A stretch of DNA of 62,097 nt, the filler included, from Piptocephalis cylindrospora (taxonomy: Eukaryota): assembly GCA_003614145.1 (NCBI GenBank). It is 7 parts of 7 records of this genome, joined end to end, with 100 filler letters (N's around TTAATTAATTAA, not from the genome) between each part and the next. Parts side by side here need not be neighbours in the genome. Positions count along the whole stretch, not along the records: positions 17,885 to 26,666 come from KZ988127.1; positions 26,767 to 35,535 come from KZ988128.1; positions 35,636 to 44,402 come from KZ988129.1; 4 more parts are not named here. One strand, written 5' to 3'. Of this stretch, positions 24,135-35,669 are shown piece by piece. The stretch's first letter is position 1, and every line of letters starts with the position of its first letter. The notes under the pieces are model-generated. The model was not told where the DNA came from, searched no databases, and saw nothing but the letters and a program-made list of their open reading frames with translations. A program made the position numbers and the translations under genes.

Positions 24135-26766
24135 ATTGAGGAATGGAACTCTAATGTTAAATATGCGATGGTAAAAGGGGCTAGAGGGCAGATGAATTGG
24201 GGTATGGATGACTGATGTATTCAAGATTAGATTTTGTTTCCACGCTCGCCATCTATCCCTCCTTTTATACCTGTTTTCCCCATTTCGTGTCCTCCATCCT
24301 CTGATGACCAAAGTCAGTCTTGAAGACCCAATCCGAGCTGTTATTTCCCCTTGACCAATATCCATCCTCGCTAGCGATATCGGCCCATGAGGAAACGATG
24401 CCACTGGTTATGGAGAGACAACTACCTAGGTGAAGGGTGTACATAGATCAAGGGGCTGAGGGTAACAGACATATTAACCTATGGCCTGACAAAGAGGATA
24501 CCCGGTATCACGGATCCCATGACCATGAATATATCTACAGTCAACCTTATGATTTCATGGATATGGCCCTACAGGGGGCTTCTAACTAAAGTAAGGTGTA
24601 TGCATGAGGTACACTGTGACGTTCAGGGCAGGGGGTCTGGTAAATCCAGGAGAAGGGTCCATGTTACGCATACTCGACCTACTATTACCCCTAAATCAAT
24701 TACCCTGCGTCATTAAGCCTGCACATGTATACACACGATGTGAAAAGTCAGTTCGCTTCCTTTGGCTGGGGGTATTCCAGGATAATCCCTCATCTCATGG
24801 CATGAGCCATCCTTTACGCAGGTAAGCTTATGGGAATTGACCCACTCCTGTGTATATCCCCGAGTGCTAGAGTAATGAATGGGCAGATGTGTGTCTTGGG
24901 AAGGGGGAGAAGGGAGGAGAAATACTACAAAGAGCTCGTCATCCCCTATCCCTTCGATCATACCATCCTGCGCCCTCCTGAGGCTCCTAAAAGTGACTGT
25001 ATACTTATGATCACCCATTTATCTAATAGCTTGAGCATGGATGAAGATACAGGGGGCCTCTTGAGTGTGAATAGGATACTCTATTAGCCCGTGTCAATGA
25101 ATGGTGGTCGGCTAAGTATAAGGATGGGGCTAGAATTCAATCATTGGTAGTTTATAATATTAGCGATGGTTTTGAGGACATGTCGGGTTTTCTGTAAGAA
25201 TTGAAGGCCCTTCTATCTTGATCGATGCTGAGTTTCGTTTCAGATTCAATATGATGGTCATACCTGTGCGGAGCCCGGACACAGCACTGTATAAAGCACT
25301 AGCGCTTATGGAAGGCTCGAGTGATATCTATGGCTTATGAATGAAAAATTCCTCGTTCCTCACTACGTCCTCGCCCTTCCTTCACTCCCCCCATCTTCAT
25401 TTCCCTTCAGAGTAGTGGTTTATCATTCGCTTCATCATCAACAAGGATCTAGAATCAATGTAACATGAGTTACTGATCATTAATGCCTCTCATCATACAG
25501 AGATGGGCTTGAGGGGGTCATATCACGTCCTCACTTGCTCCTGCTTCACTCCCTCAAAGACCCGACGTATGACACTAGTTTTTGAGGGTATCTCACAGGC
25601 CTCTCTTTTTGTATATCCTAGATCCATTCAAAACCCAAGCCTTTCTTGTACATTTTTACGACAATCTTGAGCAGTTTCGTCGATTTATCCTGGCTGTCCC
25701 ATTAAATATTGAGTGAGGTGGCGTGTTATCGGGACTTCCTGCACTGGGATTGGCTGTGTCAGACCCTCCTCCCCTCCCCTCTCCTCCCATACCCCCTCCA
25801 TCTAAACGCGCCTTCAATACTGGTCAATACCACACATAAAATGGCCACACTACCAAACCGATACCATTTCTCCTGCTCGACACACAGCCACTCGTTCACT
25901 CACGGCTATTCCCGCTCAGATCCCCTGCTCAAATGACCATGTGCCCTTCAGGCTGTCAGTAAGCCTTTCTTGAGTGAGTGAGAGTGAGAGTGAGCGGGGT
26001 GAGTGTGTGAAAAGCTTGGCCTTTTCCAAGTCCGCCTTCAAGCATTACCCCCACCACCTCCCACCGTTTCACCCCATACATCCGCGCTCATTCATTCCTT
26101 CCCACATAAGAGGGGTGGGACGGGTGGGGGGCGGCGAGAAGGACGAGGCGGTCCCTTTTCTTATTCCTTCTCCACTTCTCCTCCTTTCCCCACTACCATC
26201 ACCATCACCATCCCCTCTTCCTCCTCCTTCCCTCCTTCCTCTCCTTGTGCATTCCTCGACCTGCTCTCCCGATACTCCCCTGTTCACTGGCTTAAAAAAG
26301 TCCTCCACCTTCCCTGTCCTCCTTCGCATACCCTTACCGTCAGATCTCTCCTCTCCTTCCCTCTCGGATTTCTTTCTCCTCTCCTCTCCTCTCCTCTCCT
26401 TTCTTCCTCCTCGTTCCTCTTGACACTGTAGCTTCTTCGCCCTTCCCTCCCCCCCTCTCCCCTTCCTGGACAAGGATACTCTTTGCCTCTTCTTTGAACC
26501 CACTCTTTTTCCTCCACTCTCCTTCCTCCTTCCTGTTGTAAATCCTTTTCCTTTTTTCCTTCACTTCACTTCACTTCACTTCACTTGACTCTACTCCACT
26601 TCACATCCCCTCCTCTCTTTTCACAGCTCTCTTTGCAGTGTCTTTTCGTTTCATCCTACCATGAGCNNNNNNNNNNNNNNNNNNNNNNNNNNNNNNNNNN
26701 NNNNNNNNNNTTAATTAATTAANNNNNNNNNNNNNNNNNNNNNNNNNNNNNNNNNNNNNNNNNNNN

Positions 26767-27923
26767 TGATGGTGGGGGAACTCTGGATAGGATGAGGAAG
26801 CATCGCTCAATTGGGGCGAGGAAGTATCGTTCAATTGGGGCGAGGAAGTATCGTTCAATTGGGGTGAGGAGGTATCATTCAGCTGGGATGAAAAAGTATC
26901 GCCCAGTTGGGATGAGGAAGCCTCGCTAACATTTGAAGTTTCCACGGACGGAGACGAATCAAATAAATCAATCGGTGATGCAAAGGTGGCCTGTCCCGCG
27001 GGGATATCCGCCTGTGTAGCAATAGAAAGAGACGATACCGAGGGTGGATCTAGTTTGGTAGGCCGAGGGATTCTAGCAGATCCCGGAGGTATGAGCTCCG
27101 TGGAGGAAGAATGTGTTGTATTCAAGGGCTCCTCTGCCGTTTGGGAGGAGGTACTGGATCCCATGGGGAGAGCTGGGATCTATCACGCAAAACGGGTGGG
27201 TGTTGTTAGGTCATTTCATAAGACATGGGCTAGGTAGGCACACATCCAGCTCATAGGCCTCGACGACAAGGCACACACTACCTGAGGAAAGTGTCCACGG
27301 TGTTGATGATGAAAGTACAAGGGAGAGTTGGGGGCAGAGGAGGCCTTGGAGGAGAGGCCAAATCCTGCGTCTTCCTCCACTAACCCCTGGGGGTCCATCA
27401 GAGGAGGGACACACTCGACCAACTCACCCTTCGGTCGGTAGGACGGGAGGATAGGACGCTCTCGGAGATCCCTCTGAATATCCCTGAGCATGTCATGAAT
27501 CTCCTGAGCTCGAGCAGCCCGTAGATCTATGGAATTTAGGCCCTCTAGAACAGACAATGGCCAATCCACCTGCCTAACCTTGTACAGGGCCCAGGAGGAG
27601 GCATGGGCGCTCCCAATGTCAAGCAGCGCGTCGTAGGACCAGAAGAGATGGCGACAGTGGCGTGCAGCCCGGGAAAAAAGAGCTCGGGTAGGCTCCGAGT
27701 CACCGAAGCATCCGGTGGCACGGTAGGTCAACTCTGGGATCAAGGGCCTGGCCAAGTCCTCGAATCGTCCGTAGGTGTATGAGGCAGGGTGAGTGAGACC
27801 AGCAGGGGCATCCAGAGTAGCGCACAGGGCCGCGGTCATGTAAGCCTCTAGCGGGCCCATGAGCCCGGCTAGTCGATCGAGAATCGAGATGCCCTCCTCG
27901 GTGACCAAAACATCCGGGGACAT
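26767..27923 (-). CDS. Hypothetical protein with Ser-rich tandem repeats, 2 exons, 3'-truncated by gap
   Basis: Phase-0 intron (GTAGTG...CTAAC...TAG, about 27281-27180) joins the 235-aa ORF to IPALPMGSS...; frame stays open to the gap. Confidence 0.6.
26794..26921. repeat. About 5 copies of a 24-nt coding repeat (SSPQLNDT)
   Basis: gaggaagtatcgttcaattggggc and variants. Confidence 0.85.
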
Positions 27924-28973
27924 GATGGGTGAGTGAGTGCTTCAAAGGGAGAATGAACGACCGTAGTAGCGATGCTGGCGATGAGAGGAAAGACGGGGAA
28001 AAGTGGTAGATTGTAGGGGAAAGGAAGAGAATGAGAGCATCACAAAAGAGAGCAGGATCCTCGGTGGTTGATACCCACATCAGGCTGGCACACCCTTCAT
28101 CCAGGCGGACATTGATTTTAGCGGCGGGATCGCCTGATGTGATCCCCCCGAACACATCCTTTGCATGGAGGGGAAAGTGGGTAACCTAGCCAAAAGAGAT
28201 TTTGGATCGCCATGGTTGGTGTTGGTGCTGGTGCTAGTATTGTTAGGACTGTTAAATGGCCAGTATCATGATTTATCCCAAGATAGGCCAAGGAGACAGG
28301 TAGTCGAACACCATGACCCTGTAAATGAAGCTCACACCGATAAATGTATACAAAGGATGCTCGGGAAAGACGGCATGGGGCTGAATTTATTTTGAGCCAG
28401 ATAAATGAATGGCACTTTCACACACAATGGATATCCATGGGGGGAAGCTATGGCCTTAATGGTAATCATAGTAGATCTAGTCAAGGGGATCAGGTTAGAG
28501 GCAGCATTTTTCTCTTTTGATCTATCTTTGGACAAACCCCCTGGAGTAATATGATGGAGGGACACCTCCTCATACCCGAGTTGTCATGCAAGGATACTCC
28601 TGGAGGCAGCAAGAACATGCAGGGAAGATGAACATGAGAGGGGAGCGAGAGCCCATGGAGGAAGGTGGGCGATGAGGGTGATTATTCTTATAGCAGCATA
28701 GGGGGAAAGTTCCCTGTTCTTGATGTGGATTCAGGCCTCGCCTGAACGCCGGTTCCTCTAGTCCCTCAATACTCTCCCCTTGAATGGAGAGGCAAAAGGG
28801 GATCAACACTGTACTTGACATTGAGGAAGGCACGGCCTTTGAGTACTGCATCACAGACTAGCAGAGAGGTACAGATGGCCTATATAGACATCCTGTCAGT
28901 CACCCCGCTCTTTTCTCTTCATTTCCACATTTACCCCTCCATCTTCCTTCATCTCATATTCCCATCCCTCACC

Positions 28974-29096
28974 ATGTCCCTGGCCATCTATACCACCATC
29001 CTTCTTGGGGCTTTGACCACCTACGCCTACAGTGCTCCGCTTCTTCCCGGAGGATTCTCCTACTCAGAACAACCCCTCCTGGGAGATATTATCTAG
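28974..29096 (+). CDS. Putative secreted micropeptide, 40 aa
   Basis: MSLAIYTTILLGALTTYAYS/APLLPGGFSYSEQPLLGDII; ACCATG context, TATATA at 28881-28886, pyrimidine-rich leader. Confidence 0.5.
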   Translation: MSLAIYTTILLGALTTYAYSAPLLPGGFSYSEQPLLGDII

Positions 29097-29528
29097 TAAG
29101 CGGATGTCATATCCTGCTTAATTTGCCTTGAGAAAGAATGGATACTTTCCTCATTCTCTGTTGCATATACAATGAATGAATACATGACAATTTGACTTCC
29201 TTTTTTGGGTACAGAATCACATAAGATATAGCTAATGGTTACTGCACCTCATAAGATAATGATAAGGACTAGAGGTCAGTCTGGTTGAAGCTGTGAAAAG
29301 TTCAGATGCTCCTATACCTATCCCATCGGAAAAATAAAAGGGTATTGTCATCATGGCTGCTGGACGGTGTTGAAGAACCAAGTGTCTCCACCAACCTGGC
29401 GAAATGGATCATTCCATGTGCGCGCAAGCTATGTTTAAGATATCATGTAGTAATCGACTAAATCAAATGTTGCCATTGCCTTCAAATGCATTATTGAGTC
29501 CTAAAAAACGCCACTCACAAAGGTAAAA

Positions 29529-29602
29529 TGTTTTCGTCCGGGCTCGAACCGGAGACCTTGCGCGTGTGAGGCGCACGTGATAACCAACTACACCACGAAA
29601 AC
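29529..29602 (-). tRNA. tRNA-Val(CAC)
   Basis: GTTTTCG acceptor stem pairs with CGAAAAC, A box TGGTGTAGTTGG, anticodon arm TGCGC-CTCACAC-GCGCA, GGTTCGAGCC, followed by TTTT. Confidence 0.96.
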
Positions 29603-30290
29603 GATAATCTTTACAATTTATACAGATTGTTTTTACTACAAAAGACAACCCAAAACAAAGATGACCAGTGGTCATATTTTTACACATTTACTCACTTAGA
29701 AAGCCTTCCATCATTCCTTTTTTCCTCATCCTAGTACATAGGCTCTAGTGACTAGCATGATAGACAGTTATTAATGATTTATATCTCTAGTTCATATGTG
29801 CTAATATCAATTCCTAGTAACCTCAAGGTATCCGCAATACAATACGTCATTGTCCACCCTATTGGGGAAAGGTCTAGAGAGCTTAATGAGCTTTTGGCGG
29901 CTACATTGCCAGGCTACTTGGCTTTCATTGGAAGGACCATCCTATCTAGGGCGTAGCGCTAGAATATAGCACGTCTCTGATAAGGTGGCCATATTCTCCG
30001 TGCACCAGTACACAATTTGTTAAAAACCTTTTTGTGAGGGCGCTATACTTTTCCTTCACATTGTACGATACCACTTGGTCACCAACAATCATCCCACAAA
30101 CCCACAAACCACTTCCCCACAGCGCCAAGTCCCGCCCCTCTTGTTACGTAGCCAGTCCCGCCACTTTACTCATTCCTTTGTTTTTCTATATCCGTTATCT
30201 TGCTGATATTTCCTTTTCGACTGTGCTTACTTTTTCCTTCTCTCTTATTTTTTCGTACGTTTTTCCTTCCTCTTCCCTAGCATGTACAAG

Positions 30291-33200
30291 ATGGGCCGGT
30301 CCAGAAAAACTTATGGTCGCCGGGCTAACCAGACCTCTACGCACCAAAACTGGGATGAGGTTACGCAGGCTGAGGCTACGCAGGATTGGTGGAGACGACG
30401 GGAGGGCCTGGATATGGAGGTAATGGAAGTGGAGGTGGAGATGAGACCCGATAGCGCGATAGGTAGAAAATCGGCTTTTGCGCCCTTGCCCTCTCATGTT
30501 TCCCGAGAGGAACGACTAGCCCAGCGCCTCCAGCAGAGTAAGACCTCTGAGCAACGATGGCCCCGGCAAATGAGGAAGGTGGAGCGCAAGAGTGAAGGGG
30601 TCACCCTACCTAATGATTTGACCGAGAGCTTATGGGCGGATGCTGTTGTTATTGTAGATTATCCTAGATCTAGCACTACGCGACAGCTTCCATCCCCCAT
30701 CCACTCAGATATCTCGGATCAGTAAGAGGGGCAAGGAAGAGGATGAAGAGCAAGGGAAGCTTACTTATACTATGCATGTAATTTCAATAGGTCAATCGAG
30801 GAATCGAGGGACCCAAGGCCTCGTCGTGCCAAGGAAGCTGCTTTACGGTCTCCTGGCGTATATGCCTCATTGAGTGAAGAAGATGAACCTAGGAGACCAA
30901 TTGCCGACATAATACGAAAAAAGCGTGCCAGGGTGTCGACAAAGAATGCTGTTTCATTAAGGAAAAGTCCACAGTTGAAGAAGCGGGGCACATTGATGAA
31001 GAAGAAGGAAGATTCATCCTTCTTGCCGTATTCTCAAAAATCGAAGCGAGCTACCATTACCAGGGCTCGGTATCCCTTCCGACACCTTTCCACCTCGACC
31101 TTACCTTTGACTAGAGCTAGGGATAGCCGCCCCGGTTCCAAGCGTACAGACTCAAACCCAGTCTTTTCGTCCCGAAAAACTCGGTCCAAGTTAACCATCG
31201 GTCATAGATCAACTCGGAAGCCCTCTCCTTCCATGACCGCACTGAAGTTGACAGAATCGTCTTTGACCGAAAGGGCCTCTCAAGCTGCACGTAACCCTAA
31301 GCCATCCACCCTGTCTAAAATAGAGCGTGTCGGACCTACCTTGTCAAGCGTATTGACTGGATCAAATTTATCCATTGAGTCGGGAGCTACTTCTCAATCC
31401 CGTACTTTTTCCCGGCCGCGTTTGGCCCACTCTTTGCCCAGATCCACCTTGGATTGCTCCCAATCTTTCACTACTCGAGAATCTACGCCCCCAAGCACAT
31501 TTACACGATGGGAGCCAACTCCTTCGTCCGTGGCGGCAATATCTGACATCTCTTCCTTATCCCCAGGAATGGAAAAGATGCGAAGTGTGGAAGTAAAGAC
31601 CTCTGTCTCCTATCCTCAGACGGATATCCCACTTCGCCGTCTTGACTTGAGGCCGAAACGTGGACGTCCGTCAGGAAAGAAGAGCAATGAATTGCAGGGT
31701 ATAATCATTAACTCTGGCCTAAATATTCAATCACTCATCTATCATCACCCTCGTCTCTTGGACAGAAGCGGAATTTGACATAGTAAACGCTATGGATGTC
31801 ACATTACCCTTGTATCAAATGCCGATGGACCTAAAGGACCCAGAAAGCTTCCATGAGTTGCTCCGACTATGCCAACAGGATATTGCCCAGTCCTTTAGGG
31901 ATATCTTGCCTCCATTGTAAATGATGATGTGGAGGGGCCATTTATCTTCATTTTCATCTACTCACCAATATTCCCTTATTCCTACCATTTAGTCTGATGA
32001 AAGACCTTAGCAAATTGGGAGAGGCAACGTACTCGGAGGTGTATGGGCTTCGATGGGGAAGGAGCATGACAGGCTGGAGAATCCCCTCGGCTGTTAAAGT
32101 CATTCCCTTTGGAGAAAGGGAAATTGGGGAGGAGGGATGGACACCGTTGACCACCAAGGCCGTACTTCAAGAGCTCCAGATGACCCTTCTCTACGGGGAT
32201 TCACGAGGAATTAGGCCAACGAGTGGAAGGGGCAGGAAGGGAGCATCTCGGTTTGTCCAGCTCTATGAGTAAGTGAGAGGCATTTATTTTTAGGCTCGGG
32301 ATAGCTAATAGAAATCTGATCCTCGGATGCGGTCCTAGTGCCAAGGTTTGCCATGGTCCTTATCCAAAAGGCCTTCTTGGGGCCTGGGATGCATATCACG
32401 ATCGGAACCATAGCCATAACGAACGGCCGGGTAAGGGATGGTTGAGCATGGGAAGGAATGGTAATTTTCGATAACTCACTCATTAAAGCGGTAATCTTGC
32501 CCCTCTTATCCAGATACATTTAGGGACAAAGGATGGCACTATCTAGTGCTGGTGTTAGAGGATGCTGGTGAAGATCTGGAGACATTGGAGATGAACGAGT
32601 GGAAACAGGCCTTGAGTATTTTGACGCAGACTGCTCTAGCCATTGCCTCTGCTGAGTACACTCATGAGTTTGAGGTAAATTGTTTTTGGGAGGAAAAAGC
32701 ACTTATTTTTCATGATCGATGGCCGACTTACCCATAGAATACCCGCCCTTGTCGATAGCATCGTGATCTTCATTGGGGAAATGTCATGGTACTGGAGACG
32801 AATACAAAGAATGTCAGGATGAAGACGCCGTGGGAGGGGACGAATGCCAAAGTTTCCCTTCCTACACAAGGATACGTGGTCCGGATCATTGACCTAACCT
32901 TTTCCCGCACTTTGAAGTATGGGAGGGACGGGGCGCATGCGCGTGATAAAAGGCTACCTCGAATGAGAGTTGAGATGGGAAAAGAAGAAAAGATATTCAT
33001 GGCCCTAGAGGATGAGGAGATGTACCAGGGTTATGGAAAGGATCATCCTAAAGGTAGGGCGTTCATCTCTGGGAGCAAAGGATGGGTTTTAATGGGAAAC
33101 AGACTAAAGTCAAGCACTCTTCCCTTTTGTGTCCTATTCCTACAGGTGATTATCAGTATGATGTATACCGAGCACAAAGGGAGATGGTCGGAAGGGATTG

Positions 33201-33475
33201 GCAAGGGTTTTACCCCCGGACCAATGTCCTGGTAAGTGCTGAAGGAGACTGGGATTGTGCCCATTTCTCATCTAACAAAAATGATGTGGATATAGTGGAT
33301 GCACTACCTAGCGCACAAAATGCTCACGAGCAAGAAGGGCCTTGGGAAGGAGAGCGGGATACGGAAAGGACTAGAGGGGCTATCCAAAGAGTGGATGAAG
33401 GATGAGGATAAGTACAAGGGAATGGTAGAGGTGAGCCAATCCCTTTTACAGCTTGGAGAGGTGGATACCTGTTAA
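30291..33475 (+). CDS. Haspin kinase (Alk1/Hrk1 family), multi-exon, long basic N-terminus
   Basis: KLGEATYSEVY, GPYP..LL.AWD, AEY.HEFE/HRDLHWGNV, IIDLTFSR, GDYQYDVYR, W..FYPRTNVL/WMHYL. Confidence 0.9.
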
Positions 33476-33804
33476 AAGATGGAACGGAAATGAACAAACG
33501 AATGGAAGAGAAAAAGAGGGAAATGTGTATTGTGTCCTTGAAAAGGAGAAGGGAAAGGGGAAGAGAGAGAAAAACAGGTGATGTAGAGAGGGAAAAACGA
33601 ATCCCTCATACCACATGCTACGTGTCTCTCCCTGCTACTACTAGAATTGCTGCTGCAACGTCGTCCCCTCCCATCAGTTATCATTGCATCCCCTTCGAAC
33701 ACCCGTATCATCCCGCCTCTCAAAACTCAATAGTAGTAAGACCACATTGGGGGTCGTGAGAGAGATGAAGGGGGAAGGGAAGGGAAGGGAAGGGGGGATA
33801 AACA

Positions 33805-35535
33805 CTAAAGATCAAGGCCTTCCATGGAAAAGACAAGGCCATCATCGTCCTCATCTTCCTCATAGCCTTGATCGTCATGTAGATCCTCCTCCTCCTCTTC
33901 CTCCTTCTCCTCAAGGACCGAGGAGGCCAGGGTAGAGACATGGGAGGAGAAATGAGTAGGATTGGTGGTGGTGGTGGGACCCTTCCACCTGGAGAGACCC
34001 AATTTGGCCGGGGAGTGGTGATGAGCAGAGGTGGTGCCCAAGGAGGAGGTATAACCCGAGTCCATGGTCCCAAAGGCCTGGGGAGCAGGGGCAAGACCAG
34101 TAACCTTTCCGGAGACAGGGGGAGGGTGGCAAGGATGAGAAGAGGGCTCTTGGAGGCCCGGGGAGGGCCTCCACCAGGACCCATCGAGAGGGGAGGCGCC
34201 AAGGGGAATGGCGCCCATGGAGGGCTTCCTGGGCCTTGAGACAATACCTGGACCGATGGCACCGCCATTGGCCTGAGGGACCGATGGGGAGGAGGGAAGA
34301 AGGCCCTGGACATGCCAGATCTCCTTCCATTCAGCACCGGTCAGTCTACCCTGATGGGCTGGGCAAAGGACGCGTCGGGAGAGGAAGTTGGCCAATTCGG
34401 GGGTACATCCAAAGTGACGAAGATAAGCCTGGGGGTCGCGTAGATACTGCTTGTAGCTTTCATTGGTGTCCGGGTCAGCCTCCTGCCATGGGGTCCTACG
34501 GAAGAGGAGGGTAAGGAGGAGGATACCACAGGACCACATGTCGGCCACACGGGTGGAGTAAGTGGAGGAGGGGGTGTTGGAGGCGGAGAAGCGACACTCT
34601 GGGGACATGTAAGGACCAGACCCGCAGCCAAACTCTTTGGAGGACCTCTCGGAGGTGGCCAATCCAAAGTCGGTAAGCTTGACCTGAAGGGGAGGGGAGG
34701 AGGTGGTGGTGGTGGAGGAGGGGCCTTCCACGACAATGAGGTTTTCAGGCTTGATGTCCCTATGAAAGATGCCACGGGCGTGAATGTAGGTGACGGCCTC
34801 GAGGACCTGTGCAAAGACCTCTTTGATCCTCTCTAACCTCTGGAAAGAGGCCTCCTCCTCGGTGAGATCACTCAGGGAAGGGGAAACAATATCCCTACGA
34901 CCGACGATCCAATCGTACAAGTCCATGCCAGGGCAGTACTCGAGGACAAGGAAAAGAAAGTCCTTGGTCTCAAAGTAACGATCCAGGTGGACAAGGTGAG
35001 GATCCTTACCCAGGGCCTTGTGTAACCTGGCCTCATCCCTCTGAAGGGTGAGTTGCTCCCAGGTCAGACCGCGCTTAGAGAGGCACTTGAGGGCCCAGAT
35101 TTTGCCGGAACGAATTTCCCGAATGCGGTAGACGACAGCATAGGCTCCCCTACCCAATTCCTCCAGGATGGTGAGGTGCATACCAGCAGCGGTATCCTTG
35201 ATGACATCACCACGGACAAAGGGATGAAAGGTGGTTTCCTGATCCTCCTCCTCTTCATCCTCATCATCCTCTTCAGGCTCATACTCTTCACTTTCACTCA
35301 GGGATGGGGTACGGGAGGAGGGGGAGGAGGTAGGGGAGCTGGAGGAGGAGGGAGGGGGATGGGAGGGGGATTTGAGGGAGTCGGTCCAGGATGGAACGGC
35401 ACCAACAGTCCTTGGGTCCAAGTGGAAAGGAGCCCGATGATCTTCTGGACGGATCGAGGCCTCGACCTCGCTAGACTCCTGATGAGAAGGATGATGATGA
35501 TGGTGATAAGGAGATGGGGAAGAGGTGGATACCAG
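33805..35535 (-). CDS. Ser/Thr kinase of the Ran1/Sks1/Ksp1 family, 5'-truncated by gap
   Basis: LGRGAYAVVY, ALKCLSK, FHRDIKPEN, KLTDFGLAT, EFGCGSGPYMSPEC; frame open to the gap. Confidence 0.88.
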   Translation of the reverse strand: MVSTSSPSPYHHHHHPSHQESSEVEASIRPEDHRAPFHLDPRTVGAVPSWTDSLKSPSHPPPSSSSSPTSSPSSRTPSLSESEEYEPEEDDEDEEEEDQETTFHPFVRGDVIKDTAAGMHLTILEELGRGAYAVVYRIREIRSGKIWALKCLSKRGLTWEQLTLQRDEARLHKALGKDPHLVHLDRYFETKDFLFLVLEYCPGMDLYDWIVGRRDIVSPSLSDLTEEEASFQRLERIKEVFAQVLEAVTYIHARGIFHRDIKPENLIVVEGPSSTTTTSSPPLQVKLTDFGLATSERSSKEFGCGSGPYMSPECRFSASNTPSSTYSTRVADMWSCGILLLTLLFRRTPWQEADPDTNESYKQYLRDPQAYLRHFGCTPELANFLSRRVLCPAHQGRLTGAEWKEIWHVQGLLPSSPSVPQANGGAIGPGIVSRPRKPSMGAIPLGASPLDGSWWRPSPGLQEPSSHPCHPPPVSGKVTGLAPAPQAFGTMDSGYTSSLGTTSAHHHSPAKLGLSRWKGPTTTTNPTHFSSHVSTLASSVLEEKEEEEEEDLHDDQGYEEDEDDDGLVFSMEGLDL

Positions 35536-35669
35536 NNNNNNNNNNNNNNNNNNNNNNNNNNNNNNNNNNNNNNNNNNNNTTAATTAATTAANNNNNNNNN
35601 NNNNNNNNNNNNNNNNNNNNNNNNNNNNNNNNNNNCGCATAATATTTCTTCAATAACTGACTAATACAT

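Noticed and set aside
25974..26564. Leu/Ser/Pro-rich and Arg/Gly/Glu-rich ORFs
   Set aside because: By-products of a polypyrimidine tract.
26794..26921. CRISPR-like array
   Set aside because: Contiguous coding tandem repeats without spacers, in eukaryotic DNA.
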